Below, piece by piece: positions 1 through 12,800 of a stretch of DNA of 64,000 nt (its first letter is position 1; the number at the start of each line of letters is the position of its first letter). The position numbers and the translations under genes were made by a program. Origin of the DNA: Mayamaea pseudoterrestris (lineage: Eukaryota). Below the pieces are notes generated by a model. It ran no database searches and was not told the DNA's origin. It saw only the letters and a program-made list of their open reading frames with translations. Where the stretch lies: contig BROI01000011.1 of NCBI GenBank assembly GCA_027923505.1, positions 558,001 through 622,000 of the forward strand, given 5' to 3'.

Positions 1-3000
1 GCAAGGTCTCCTTTCGCTCCAGCTCGCCAAAGTACTTTTCGAGGTTTGGGCTGTATTGAGACGAGTTAGACCGTACTTGTGACAACAACTCTTTGGCGTG
101 GGCGCAAACTTGCTGAATCTCGACTGCATCAGCGCCTCGTTTGACAAAGCTGCTCAAATCGAGCATTGGCAAGCCGGAATCCCGACCTTGCTCGGCCTTC
201 TCCGAGTCAATCAAGCAACTCATGCTTTTGCTTAGCTCCTCGTCGCCTTTTGCTGTTCCGCGATGACTAACGCTAGATCCCATATCCATCTTCTTCTTGC
301 CAATGGCTGTCATGCTAGCGAACGGATCACTTGGGCGGCCAGTCGACTTCATTCCCGCAAACGGGTTCGCCACGGCCGTCGACCGAGGCGCGCTGACAGC
401 AATTGAGGCACTTGCGCCTATATCCTCGACGAAAAGACTCTTTGTATCAATCTTACACTTCTTTGCCGAGACCACCAACACCTGATCCATTCGAATGCTG
501 GCAGTTGTGTAATATCGCTCTTTGCAAGTGCCCACATACCCCAACCGTAGCGGTTTTCCTATGTTCTTGCCGTCTTTCAATTGAAAACTTGCTGGTAAAA
601 GAAGCAGGCATACCAATGGTCCATTTTCGTGTGCATCGGGCGACGCAGACGTTGCTCCGATGGCCGAAAACGCATTCCACTTGAGAATAATAGCAGGCGC
701 TCGAACACACTCGAGTTTTCGTGCGGCTGACACGAGAATGATGCGTCCGGGGCAACAAATGTCACTTATAAGCTCTGGCGCAGACATCGATACAAAATCG
801 AGAATCTCAGCATTGGCACGTGTCAGTTGCAAGCATGTATTGTAATACGCTTCAAGGTCGTCCAACCCGACGCGATCAATGGCGCCCTTCTTAAATTCGG
901 CCTCCAGCTTCTCCAAAGTTCGTGTACCCCGAACAAGAAGCCGCGGATATTCTTTAGCCGTCAATGCGCGCTGAGTCGCAAACTCCGAAAACGACCTGGC
1001 GATCATCGACTCCACGCTCATTTCTTCCACTCGCAGCAAGTTTAAGATCATATTATACGTCAAGCGAAATTGACTCGACAACAAGGTGGATGATCCTGTG
1101 AGCATTTGCTTTAATACCTGCTGTGGCGAAGGCTCTTCTCCAAAGCAACACATGATCACCGTCCCCACCTTGTCGAGACCCCGTCGTCCCGCTCTCCCAG
1201 CCATTTGCGTATACTCGCCTGGCTCAAGTACGCGGAACTTTGTTCCGTCGTGTTTCCGAATGGAGTTGAAAACAACAGCTCGAGCGGGCATATTGACCCC
1301 CATTGCCTAAATAGAAGATCAGCAGGGTTAGTTTTAGATGTTGCTCAAAGCGGACATATCACAGGTAAACTCACAAAGGTTTCGGTGGCAAATAGAACTT
1401 TGATGAGGCCCTTGCCGAACAAAATTTCGACCACCTCTTTTAGTAATGGCAAGAGACCACCGTGATGTATGCCAATTCCCCTTTCTACCATTTCACAAAC
1501 AGCAATGACCTGCGGTAAGCTAGCATCATTCTTTGAAAGACGCGCCATGGCCTGCAGACAAAAGCCTTGTACAGCCGAACGTTCCTTTGCAGTATTTAGA
1601 TCCAACGATCGGAGCATCTGAGCAATCTCTTCGCATTTCTTCTGAGAAAAGGAAAACACCACCGTTGGCGTCAAGAGCTCTCTGTCAAGAAACCTGACCA
1701 GCGACATCCAGTTCTGCTTGCTTCCCTGCGCTTGCCACGCTAAGTGTTTTGATCCAGTAGCGTGCGGCTTGGGGGCTTTTGGATCCGCCTTTTTCTTTGG
1801 ATCTTTCGCAGATGGCGGAAGGAGGGCGCGAGTTGCCGCCTTGTACCCTGCCTCGATAAAGCCTCCTTTTCCTTCCATGATTTTGTGGAGCTCCAGGCCC
1901 GCCCAAAGGTGATGCGACAAGGGAACGGGTCGGTAATCCGTCTTGACGACGTGAATTGGCTTTCTCTTGGTACGTCCCACCCAGTCTGCAAACTCTAGCG
2001 TATTTGGCGTTGTCGCAGACAGAAAGATGAGGTTAACGTAAGATGGAAGCATGATAATCACCTCCTCCCACACCACACCGCGTTCGGTGTCGTTAATGTA
2101 ATGCACTTCGTCAAAGATTACAAACTCAATGTCGCGAATCAAGTCGGCTCCTCGATACAGCATGCTTCGCAGAATCTCAGTCGTCATGATGAGACAAGTG
2201 GAATCATCGACATTGACCTGCAAGTCGCCAGTCACAAGTCCAATCGACGTTTGACCAAACTTGAGACTAAAATCCCGAAATTTTTGGTTCGACAGTGCTT
2301 TAATGGGAGACGTGTAGACACACCGGGTCGCTCGCTGCATGGCCAGCGCCACGGCGTACTCCGCCACCACCGTCTTGCCGGCACTCGTGTGCGCCGCCAC
2401 AAAAACGGATTCGGATCGCTCGAGGCGCGCAATCGCTTGCTGCTGGAAACCGTCGAGCGAAAAGGGAAAGGTCATGGCGGGATTCATAATGAGTGAATTG
2501 AAATCGTTGATTTGCAGCAGCTTGGTCGTGGCCCATGATTTGCGCGTGGAATCGTTTTGGTCCTTGGCGTGCCGAGCGGCCAGCTCGAGTGGATTCATGG
2601 ACGTGGCAATCTTGCTGCTCGACTTGGCGTGTGTGGGAGAAGTGGATTGTGCAAGCTCGACGAGCAGCTCGTCAATGTCCTCGGCGCCGTCGGCTGGAGG
2701 CTGCAACTCTTCCCTGAGTGGCACTGCAGCTTTCTCTGCTTCCAAGTCGATTGCGGCGTCGTTTGCATTCAATTCGTCCTCTTCTTCATTTTCGTCCTCG
2801 GACTCGTCGCTGCTACTGCTCCCAAACAAGGAGTCGTCATCGAGCAACGATTGGCTAAAGAGCTTTGCTGCCATCGGACGTTCACTACGATAATTATGAC
2901 TAGAAACATGGAGCGGCGACTCTGGTCTTGTCGCTCCAACAGCAGTAGTAGTTTCATCTTGTATATCGTCATTTTCATCGTCGTCATGTTTTTCGCTGCC

Positions 3001-3627
3001 ATGCACGTCGTTCCACGTAATGCCAGCCTTAAAGAACACGCCCGGCGGAGCAGTAATAATGGTTCCATCCTTCCAGCTAGCCTCCGATCCCTGCTCCAAA
3101 ACTTGCATGGACCGTTGAATGGCGTCAGGAGTTCGGTAGGGATCAATGGCAACTTCCTTGTCGAATTGCCCCAAGCCTCCTGGTGTAAACGGACGACTCT
3201 GACCAACGACGCCGCGCGTGTAGTCGGAAAGCTTGCTCGACAAGTTGCCCGTCAATTGTCGCTTCTGCAAATCCGAGTCGGCTGTGTTTTCGAGCAACGT
3301 CAGTGGCACTTCAATGACGGCGTTGCCTTGTGCAAGATTTGGATCACGTTGCAGCAGTTTGTTTTGAACTTGTTTGGAGAGCGACTTCCACTCCACCAAG
3401 GTTGTCTGCGGCTGCGAGAGTGGACATTTGAATAGTGAATCTGATATTGGTCGTATAAACTGTCCCGTCCGCGGCGAAACAATTCCATGGGCCTGCCAAG
3501 CCTTGCGAATGAGTGCTAGCTGGTGCTGCTTGCCTGCAGATTGCTGCTGCTTTTCTTGCGCTTCCCTTTGTTTCCGTTCCTCGTCTTCCTTTAGTAGACT
3601 TTTCAAACGACTGAGTGACAGTGTCAT
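1..3627 (-). CDS. SKI2: SKI2-like DExH RNA helicase (Ski complex); runs off the left edge; intron 1307-1374
   Basis: Motifs [34 protein letters not shown]. Removing a 68-nt GTGAGT...TTAG intron joins FATETF to AMGVNMPAR, followed by [10 protein letters not shown]. Confidence 0.93.
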
Positions 3628-4227
3628 CGTGTTACCGTAGTGAATGTATAAGATGGGCTGATGCGGCTACAAAAGCTACAAGTGCCATGATCAAAAATCA
3701 AAATGCGAGTGATGATGGGTGCGCAAAGGTGCCATTTTGACGTCGCACTGGTTATGACTGTTTTCCGAGGGATAGTACGTAGCTGGACAGCATAACCTGA
3801 ATAAGTTTAAATTCGTGAATTAGGGCTTTCATCATGGAGTATTCATCAATACGACTCAGGAATGACCCTCATTACGTCAAGCAACCATTGGTGTCGAAAG
3901 ATATTAATGACCCAAGGTGCCAAAATGGGGTTATGGCTCAAACGTGATGCAGCTTCTGGGACCTAATTTACATCATTTTGATGAAGTACAACATAACATC
4001 ATCACCTTGTGGGTTTATACAAATGGATCGTTGTGTTTGTAGCTTTTCAGCACTTGTCGTTCCTTCGTTGTCGCTGGGTGGTGAAATTGGTCCATTTTGG
4101 CGAAGCTAAACGCGCTTGTGAAAAGTGGCGAAACGAGTCCCGGTTGCAAAAATCCATCACAACAGCTGGCGCATCTCTAGATGTGCCGAAGCGATTTTCA
4201 CCAAACTTGGACCCTGTATTCTTTAAG

Positions 4228-5981
4228 CCTATTATCCCGAACTATTAACCGCACTCAGTCGGTCTTTCGTTTTCACGCCAGTTGCGCACCTCCGCCGCCC
4301 ATCAAAATTGCTTCGTGACCGCCCATCCCATCGCCCAAGCATGCATTTTCCTCTTTTGAAGCTTATAATAGGCTGTTTTCATTGATTTAAAGCACTAGAT
4401 CTATTAAGTTAGGTAAGCGGCATCGAACGGTGTACTTGGTTTGGTCATCGAAGGCGTATTGGTCCCGCCGCAGCACCTTTTTGTTCCCGTTGCACCCGTT
4501 TCATCCTCGTCGTCAATCACAGCCTCAATTTACAGCGCTATCCATTTACTCCTATAGTATACACTGACATATCGCTTCTCTAATATATACAGGATAGATA
4601 TCGCATGGAAGATCTGCTTGAATCCATTAGATGGCGCGTAAGCATGTCGCAGAAGAAGGTTGTTGTTGCAGCACGACAAACGACCCAACACTCTCAATAT
4701 GAAACTCCACAAACGCTATTGCTGACGCTTTCAAAGCTATTGAAGACGTCATAATCTTGACCAATCTTGTAAATGGCATTTGTAAGCAAGCAATTGGACA
4801 GAGTCGCCATGCACGTCGAAAGCTATTCGCGATTGGGAGCCATTGTGTCACATTGAGGAAGACAACAAGATTGCAGACGCATTGAGTCGCTTACCCATTG
4901 AAACAGAGAAGGCTAAAACGGATGCCTCAAACAAAACATCCTTTGCCATCGTGGAGGCAACAAGCTCCCACGCTCGTGCTTTACAAATAGCCAAGGCACT
5001 TGCATCGTTACCAAGCAATTTCAAACAGGTCTATCCACACGCAAGCTTACCAATCGTCGATGAATAAACCATGCAATAAGCAGATTAATTATGCATTACG
5101 CTATTCTCTAGATCCATCTATAGAGATCTGATTCTCCCCTTGTGATTCAATGGCTACAATACTCCTCGTCTTAGAGACGTCGTACCGCGGTGTCAGCGTG
5201 TCAGCTCAACGCAAGCTTACCGATCGTCGAGGACTCTCCAACAATTAACAAACAGTCGAGTCAAGAGGAACCAATGGCCTCGGCAAGAGATGCAAACGAA
5301 GACGTCTTTATCTATCCATTGCAGCTGCAAAACATTGTTAAAGCTCAAGCTGCAGCAGCAACCTTGCAACCTTGCGCGAGGAAACTTTTGCATCCCTTCC
5401 TTGAGCTGTTCGTACACTAGCGCAACGTGTAGGCGCTGCTGTTCTTGTATATTCCGACATTCTGGTTGTTTGCAAGAATAGAGTTGAAGAGGACTGGCGA
5501 GGGATAGTTTGTCATGGTGGTTTCGACGTTTCGACAAGCAGACAAGCAGCATCTTGATGAGCCGATAAAAATCGGGTGAATGACAACCTTAAACGTTTCT
5601 TTTGGATAATAGCAATCCTGCATATTGAGTTTACGTGGCTTGTGAGACATTATGGGCCAAATAAGCTTTGTAATAGCGCATCGCTTGGTGCCATGCTTGC
5701 CGTTTAAAGCAGCGGCAACGATGCGGTTTGGAAGTCACAAAAGCACCCAAAACGGGACCACTATGGAAAACCAAGTATACCATTGAATGCGCAATATCAA
5801 ACTTAGTCTACTTACAATATTGAATTACTTATAGAGGCTTGGGATGGAATGAAAGAAGCAGCCATGGTTGAAAAAGGGAATGATGGCAAGAAACGGATGC
5901 GTTTTTGATGGGCCGCGGAGGTGCCAACTGGCGTGAAAACGAAAGACCGACTGAGTGCGGTTAATAGTTAGGGATAATTGG
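4228..5981 (+). mobile_element. Decayed non-autonomous Tc1/mariner-superfamily (pogo/Tc2-like) DNA transposon
   Basis: About 84-bp inverted repeats at 4228-4312 and 5898-5981 (CCTATTATCCCGAACTATTAACCGCACTCAGTCGG...), resembling pogo/Tc2 CCGTATT... ends. Remnant peptides PFKAA (~5700) and IELLIEAWDGM (~5820) resemble a DDE_1 transposase C-terminus. No clean TSD. Confidence 0.6.
4690..5400 (+). pseudogene. Degenerate Ty3/gypsy pol fragment (RNase H end and linker)
   Basis: HIEEDNKIADALSRLP and YPLQLQNIVKAQ parallel LKGELNTVADALSRVP and YPLSYSTIAEYQ in the intact gypsy at 56-59 kb. Confidence 0.6.
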
Positions 5982-6713
5982 TTACCTACGGCAAGTTGCG
6001 GGGGGCAAACTTGTATGCTTGGCATAAGCTTGAGGTAGCAGACCAACAAATCTATCATTCCACCATCAGTACAGTAATGAATCTGCAGACTTACAGTAAG
6101 CCAGTGATAGACGTTGCATTGTCGGCAGCTTCTGGACAACAGTGTGTTCCAAAAGCAAGGCATTAAAGCTAACCAGGCTGCAGCATATCTAGTAAGAACA
6201 TCCACTGTTCTCATGTCATAAGAACAAGTAGTACATTCACCACATTATAGTACTGCATAAGTCAGTACACAACACCTTCTTGGCATGGCTACGATAGCTA
6301 GCAGCACGTGGGAAAGGCCATGAGTACGGTAGCTTTTCACAAACGGTTTGTCGCATCGGTTCTCATAACGAGGAAGTCGACAAGCTCGTTCTTCTGTGGG
6401 ATCAAACTCGGTCCAGAATAGGGATACAGAGAATTTGAGCATACCACCATGTTTGATACTACTTCAAGCATGACATATGTCAAAAATGCAACATACATCT
6501 GGAATTTGATCATGCTGGGACGATTCTTAAAAAAGTGCTCAAATTTCCAATACGAATTAGTCCAACAACTTCGGCTGTATCAATCAGACCAAGCTGCTGA
6601 CTCGCCCATTGTATCAACTATATATATAATGGCCTATTGTGCTTGGTCCAGCCAAAAACATGCATGTTAAGGTCGTCGCGTCGACGATTGAAGATTTGAC
6701 CAGTTTGCACCTC

Positions 6714-7025
6714 TTGCAGGATGCGAACGAAAACAGCGAAAATCGGGCAAGTCACACCGAATGTCCGATAGGGTGACACAGCGGCACTCGCGGCTCACCA
6801 CAGCCTCACGATCGCGTGATGCGTGGCAGCGACGGCTTCGAAGCGATTCAACGAGTATATTGCTGAAACTAGTGCGATATAGAGTAGAAACAAGCAGACT
6901 TACTAAGCTTGAAGAGTTAAGAAAGCGATTTATTCGTCTCTCGTATTGTAGCAACTGCAAGCTTGGATTGGCCATCCAAGGACAGCTACAAGCGAAAGGT
7001 GCAACGATTTGATTTACAAGTTACA
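6714..7025 (+). repeat. 5' LTR (312 bp)
   Basis: Direct repeat of 12986-13298; only a 1-nt indel seen (GAAAGGT vs GAAAAGGT). Confidence 0.95.
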
Positions 7026-7175
7026 AGATTAACACTGTCTTGAGACTCATTGCCTCGGCATAGAGACTTTATCGACGAAGAGTACTATTGATTTACGAAG
7101 TAACGTGGACGCACGTTGGTTCTTGGCCCGGAAAGTTCCGCAGGTGATAGCAAGAACATTGTCACGACGACAACG

Positions 7176-9887
7176 ATGGCGGAAACTCGCGCGCAGAAAG
7201 ACGCGGCGTTTGCGCATGTTTACGAAGAGAACGTAGGCGTTTTCCAAGATCCTCAGTTCAAGGAGTTATTCGACGAACTCGGAGTAGAATCGCTTACGCA
7301 ATTGATCGAGATGGAGTACGACGATTTCGCGACGAAGTGGAACGTCACGACGACGACAACGACGACGACTGACGATGGCGACAATGTCACGCAGGAAACG
7401 AGCGAACACTCGCTAACGAAGATGAAACAACGCACGATCACGAACGCGATCGAATGGTATTTGGCGCAAGAGTCGCCGGACATCAAGACATGGTCGCAAC
7501 TGACCACCGAAACGCTGGCGACGTTCGTCACAGCACGAGCGAAGGAACGAGTCCAAGCGCGCAACATTGCGAGCGTGGGCAGCGGAAGCGGAGCGAAACC
7601 TCCAGCGAAGGAAAGCGAAACGGAATCCAAGAAGGACGAATCCAAGGACTCCACGCTAACGAACGAAGGCGACGAGTCGAAGCCCGACTCGGCCGACAAG
7701 GTGCCACCGACGAGCGTGGACGTGGACACGAAGCAGTCACCGACATCCGTACTGGACCTCGGTGACGACGAAGACGACGAGAAGTATTCAGACCAATTTA
7801 CGAAGTCTATCAAGTTCTCGGCGAAGGATTGTAAAGAAATGAAGCTGGATTCCTCGTGGAAACAGTGGATTTCCGAGTTGAAAGTCATCGCTACATTGCA
7901 CGACTTCCACGAAGTCTTTGACGACGATTATGACCCGAAGGAAAAGGGACCGAAGGAACAGAAGGCGTATGCAAAGAAGAATGTGTTTGTATACAGAATC
8001 TTCCTCACGCACTGTCGAACTCCGTCTGCATCACTCGCAGTACAGCAGTTCAAGAAGACGATGGACGGACGCGAAGTCTACCAACGATTGCGAACGCGAT
8101 ACGAAGAAGGCGCTACTGCTCACATCGAGAAGGAACGCGCGCGAACGGAACTGCAGGGAATGCGGCTGACCGAGAAGTGGTCAAGGCCGACGATCGAATT
8201 TCTCGCACTGTTCTACAAGAAAGTCATCTGGCTGCTCGAAATGGACGCAGAAGCTCTGACAGGTTTACAACGATACGACATGCTACGCGACGCTTTCTCT
8301 GAGCACACTGGATTCAGCGCCTCGCTAGCAGGTTTTGACGGAATGATTGCCATCAAGAAACACATGGGGCAACACGACTCGGAAGACAATTTCGCGCAGT
8401 TGTACGCGCACTTAGAAGAGTGCTGCATCAAGTATGACAAGAAGCACCCATCGACGACGAAGACTAAGCGCACAATCAATCAAGCGCAGTCTAGTGGAAC
8501 GAAAGGAGGCGGCGGCGGCAATGGCGGCGCGACTCCAAGCGGCTTATCGGCGGAACGATTTGCAGCGATCATGAAGAAACCTCACGCGAGCGTGAAGGAT
8601 GAAGTCTGGTTGGAGATGAAGTTCGATCAGCGAAAGCAGTTGAAGGACAAGCGTGCGACGGCGCCCAAGACACCCGAAAACGGATGGCGACCGCGCAACC
8701 AACGAGGCACGGCTACGACGCAGACGCAAGTCAACGCGGCGCATCAAGAGCGTCACGCGACGGAATCTGTAGCGAACGATCACGCAAGCGTTCCTGGCAC
8801 GATTAATATTCAGCCAGGCAATAGTGGAATGTCAGTCCAAACGGCTGCACGATCGGTTCTGCAAGCGAATAATGCGAGTACTACAACTCAGCAAGTGACA
8901 GGATCGTTGACGACTGATAACACCGGACGAGGTACATTCAGCTTCAACATGCATCGTCGTATGCGCGTCAATCGCGCACACTACGAGCGGATCAACGAAG
9001 GCGCGCTCATCGACAGCGGCGCGAACGGAGGCTTATGCGGAGGAGACATGCTCGTCGTTTCGGAAACGAACGCCGAGGTGGATGTGACTGGTATTGACGA
9101 TCATATTGTCCCAGCTCTCAAGATTGGCACTGCAGCTGGACTGGCTAAGACCCTTAGTGGCGAAACCATTCTGCTTTTGTGTCACCAGTATGCTTTAAAG
9201 CGAGACGGACCGACGATTCATTGCCCGAATCAATTGCGCGCAATGGGACATCGTGTCGACGATATTCCGACCATGTTTGGCGGAACGCAACGAATTACGA
9301 CGAACATTGGAGGCTACGTTTTGCCATTGGCGATTCGCGATGGCCTGGTGTACTTGGACGTGACGAAACCCACGTTCGATGATTTGGATAAGTATCCGAC
9401 TGTCATCATGACGTCGGACGTGCCGTGGGACCCGACTGTTTACGATGTCGAGCACGCGCACGACGATTTCGACGAACGCGATCACGATTATGGATCTTTC
9501 GACGAACGATTCGACGATGACGGTATCACGCACCGCAATCGTCACACGCCGACACGCACTGGCGACGAACTTGACGTACTGATCAATCGGTGCGTGCGAC
9601 ACGCTCAGTTTTCACGCGTTAATTTGCGGAAGCTACGAAGCAAGGAACCGGACTATAATGCTCTTCGGCCGTACCTCGGATGGGTCCCGACTGAGCGAGT
9701 TCAACAGACTTTACGTCACACGGAAGCATGGTATCATCTCAGCGAACATCCGCGATTACCATTTCGACACCTCACGAAATCACGATTTCCGGCCGCGAAC
9801 GTTCAGCGGTTGCGCGAACTATTCGCCACGGACACGATACACTCTGACACGCCAGCTTTGGATGATGGAATTCTAGGGCATGGGTGA
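7176..9887 (+). CDS. Copia gag-protease-integrase N-terminal part
   Basis: Gag-like region and aspartic protease LIDSGANG; ends at an in-frame TGA inside the integrase core (ATDTIHSDTPALDDGILGHG*). Confidence 0.88.
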   Translation: MAETRAQKDAAFAHVYEENVGVFQDPQFKELFDELGVESLTQLIEMEYDDFATKWNVTTTTTTTTDDGDNVTQETSEHSLTKMKQRTITNAIEWYLAQESPDIKTWSQLTTETLATFVTARAKERVQARNIASVGSGSGAKPPAKESETESKKDESKDSTLTNEGDESKPDSADKVPPTSVDVDTKQSPTSVLDLGDDEDDEKYSDQFTKSIKFSAKDCKEMKLDSSWKQWISELKVIATLHDFHEVFDDDYDPKEKGPKEQKAYAKKNVFVYRIFLTHCRTPSASLAVQQFKKTMDGREVYQRLRTRYEEGATAHIEKERARTELQGMRLTEKWSRPTIEFLALFYKKVIWLLEMDAEALTGLQRYDMLRDAFSEHTGFSASLAGFDGMIAIKKHMGQHDSEDNFAQLYAHLEECCIKYDKKHPSTTKTKRTINQAQSSGTKGGGGGNGGATPSGLSAERFAAIMKKPHASVKDEVWLEMKFDQRKQLKDKRATAPKTPENGWRPRNQRGTATTQTQVNAAHQERHATESVANDHASVPGTINIQPGNSGMSVQTAARSVLQANNASTTTQQVTGSLTTDNTGRGTFSFNMHRRMRVNRAHYERINEGALIDSGANGGLCGGDMLVVSETNAEVDVTGIDDHIVPALKIGTAAGLAKTLSGETILLLCHQYALKRDGPTIHCPNQLRAMGHRVDDIPTMFGGTQRITTNIGGYVLPLAIRDGLVYLDVTKPTFDDLDKYPTVIMTSDVPWDPTVYDVEHAHDDFDERDHDYGSFDERFDDDGITHRNRHTPTRTGDELDVLINRCVRHAQFSRVNLRKLRSKEPDYNALRPYLGWVPTERVQQTLRHTEAWYHLSEHPRLPFRHLTKSRFPAANVQRLRELFATDTIHSDTPALDDGILGHG

Positions 9888-9896
9888 GCTACTAAG

Positions 9897-12800
9897 ATGC
9901 AGCTCTTTGTTGGACGAGAAAGTTTTTACACGCGCGGCTACCCGATGAAGTCGGAGAGCGAAATGTCAAACGCGTTAGAGGATTTTATCCGCGAAGTGGG
10001 CGCTCCTAACGGACTGCTCAGCGACAATGCCAAGTCGGAGACTGGCAAGGCTGTGAGGGATCTCTGTCGGATGTACAATATTCCTCAAGTGACCACAGAA
10101 CCGGGTCATCCAGAACAAAATCCATGCGAACGTCACACGTCGCACATTAAGCCAATGATGGAGAACCTCCAACGAGATTCGGGTTCGCCAGGGCATTGCT
10201 GGGTTTTGCTGATTAAATTCGTAATCATGATTCTGAACGTCCTCGCGACGAAATCGCTGGGATGGCGCACTCCAACGGAAGTTGCGTTCGGAAATTTGCC
10301 GGATATTTCGCCTTTGTTACATTTCAAGTGGTGGGAACCGGTCACGTTTGAGGCGCAGGGGAGTTTTCCCTCGGCGGTACGATCTGGCAACGGCCGATTC
10401 GTGGGCATCGCAGAGAATAGCGGTCCGCACATGACTTTTCTCGTTCTGACGGACGACACGCTTCAGGCGATTCCGCGCTCCAACGTGGTCTCGCGCAGCT
10501 ACTTGTTACCACGAGAGTTGCCTTCCTTCCCTGAGTCTGGAGGGGAGATTTCTGAAGAAGCTACACGCGCAAGCGAGCGAAATTTTGAAACTCCAGATCT
10601 CGCGACAGGACGCTACCATAGCACGCATGCGACAGAAAGTAGTCACGACAACTACGAAGGAAACGACGACGAAACAATTCCGATGGCGAACCACGCCAAC
10701 GTACCAGCGAAGTTCTTCAGAAGGGCTGAGCAAGAATCAGGGAATAAATGCCCTCTGTTCTCTCCAAGCGAACTCATCGGACGCACGTTCGTAAGGGAAC
10801 ACGAAAACGGTCAGAAAATGCGAGCGACTGTATGCGAATATATCGAAGTACGCGATAACGAGCTACTCGAAACGACGAAAGGTTTCCTGATCCAGATGGG
10901 AGAGGAGCCAGCGAAAGACTTAATAAGTTACAACGAACTGTCGGATTTAATCGAACGACAGATGGACGAAGATATACGAAACGATCCGGCGACTCAGTGG
11001 GTATTCACGAAGGTAATCGGACACGAGCTTAATTTGAAACCGAACGATCCGACATACAAAGGAAGTTCAAGTAACGTTCTCGTCGAATGGACTGACGGAA
11101 CGACGACGTGGGAGCCTCTCGCGATCATGAAGAAGGACGATCCGATAACGATCGCAGAGTATGGACTCAAGCACGGCTTACTCGACAAGCCAGGATGGAA
11201 GCAGCTGGAGCATTACACTCGGAAGCGAAAGAAGTTTCGACAGATGGTAACAGCGGCGAAACGAAAATCGAAAGCAAACGGCGTACGCTACAAATTCGGC
11301 GTAAGGTTGCCGCGCAATTATAAAGATGCGAAAGCTCTCGACGAGATCAACGGCAACACGCTGTGGACGGATGCGATTCGAACGGAATTAAATCAGATAA
11401 ATGATTACGACACGTTCGCAGATCAAGGAGTCGGTAAGGTTATGCCGGCGCCGTGGAAACGAATAAACGTGCACATGATATTCGATGTCAAGCACGATTT
11501 GCGACGGAAAGCACGACTCGTCGCAGGAGGACATATGACAGAGCCGCCGAAGGATTCAGTTTACTCGGGCGTTGTGTCATTGCGAAGTCTACGAATGGTA
11601 GCGATGTTAGCGGAACTCAACGGTCTGGAACTGTGGGCAGCTGACGTCGGCAACGCATACTTGGAAGCGAAAACGAAAGAGAAGGTTTATATCGTGGCAG
11701 GTCCGGAGTTCGGGGAGCTCGAGGGTCACACGCTCACGATCGTGAAGGCATTATACGGTCTTCGCACGTCAGGCGCACGCTGGCACGAGCACTTTGCAGA
11801 CACGCTCCGCGACATTGGCTTCATGCCGTGTATCGCAGAACCGGACGTGTGGATGCGCGATAAAGGCACGCACTACGAATACGTTTGTGTGTATGTCGAC
11901 GATTTAGCGATAGCGATGAAGAATCCGAAGGAACTAACGGATCTTTTAATTGAGAACTACAACTACAAGTTGAAGGGCGTCGGTCCATTGGCATATCATT
12001 TGGGCGCAGACGTTTGGCGAGACGACGACGGCGTACTCTGCTTCGGAGCGAAGAAGTACGTCACAAGACTATTAGCGAACTACAAAGAAATGTTCGGCGA
12101 GGAACCGCGACCGCAGACAAGTCCACTACGCGACGGCGATCATCCGGAACTCGACGAAACGAAAGAACTTGACGACGACGGAATTGCGAAGTATCAATCG
12201 ATAATTGGTGCGTTGCAATGGGCAGTAAGTTTATGTCGATTCGACATTCACTGTGCTGTCATGACTATGGGGAGATTCCGAGCTGCGCCACGAGCGGGGC
12301 ACTTGGAACGGTTGAAGCATATTTGCGGATACTTACGAAGATACCCGGATGGAGCGATTCGATTCAACGTTTCGATTCCAACGGACGAGCGATACGCGAC
12401 AGTTGACAAGATGGATTGGGATTACAGTGTGTACGGCAAGATCTGCGAAGAGCTTCCGTGGAACATGCCCACGCCGCGCGGCAAGGCGGTGCGAATGTCA
12501 ACGTTCGAAGATGCAAACCTGTACCACGATTACACGACGGGACGGGCAGCGATGGGCATGCTACACATGTTGAATGGAACAGTCGTTGATTGGTTTTCGA
12601 AACGCCAAGCGACGGTCGAGACGGCGACGTACGGCTCGGAGTTTGTAGCAGCGAGAGTGAGCACGGAGCAGATCATGGATCTTCGCTTCACGCTACGCAT
12701 GTTGGGAGTTCCGCTCGACGGACCTTCATGGATGTTTGGAGACAACAAGTCGGTAACGCAAAGCAGCAACCTACCGCACTCTAGTCTGACGAAGCGACAC

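Noticed and set aside
5982..6700. Faint copia RT/RNase H-like peptides (YGKLRG, LGRF, AWSSQK)
   Set aside because: Too degenerate to support without a profile search.
6667..7012. ORFs inside the copia LTRs (also 12933-13395) and the gypsy LTRs (54753-54953, 59771-59971)
   Set aside because: They recur only because the LTRs are repeats, show no recognisable motifs, and the 1-nt LTR indel changes their ends.
9885..9887. Alternative genetic code or selenocysteine as an explanation for the two in-frame TGAs
   Set aside because: TGA ends ordinary ORFs here (e.g. 54375, 59625, HPP, HAD), neither position is a Cys or Trp site, and no SECIS was identified.
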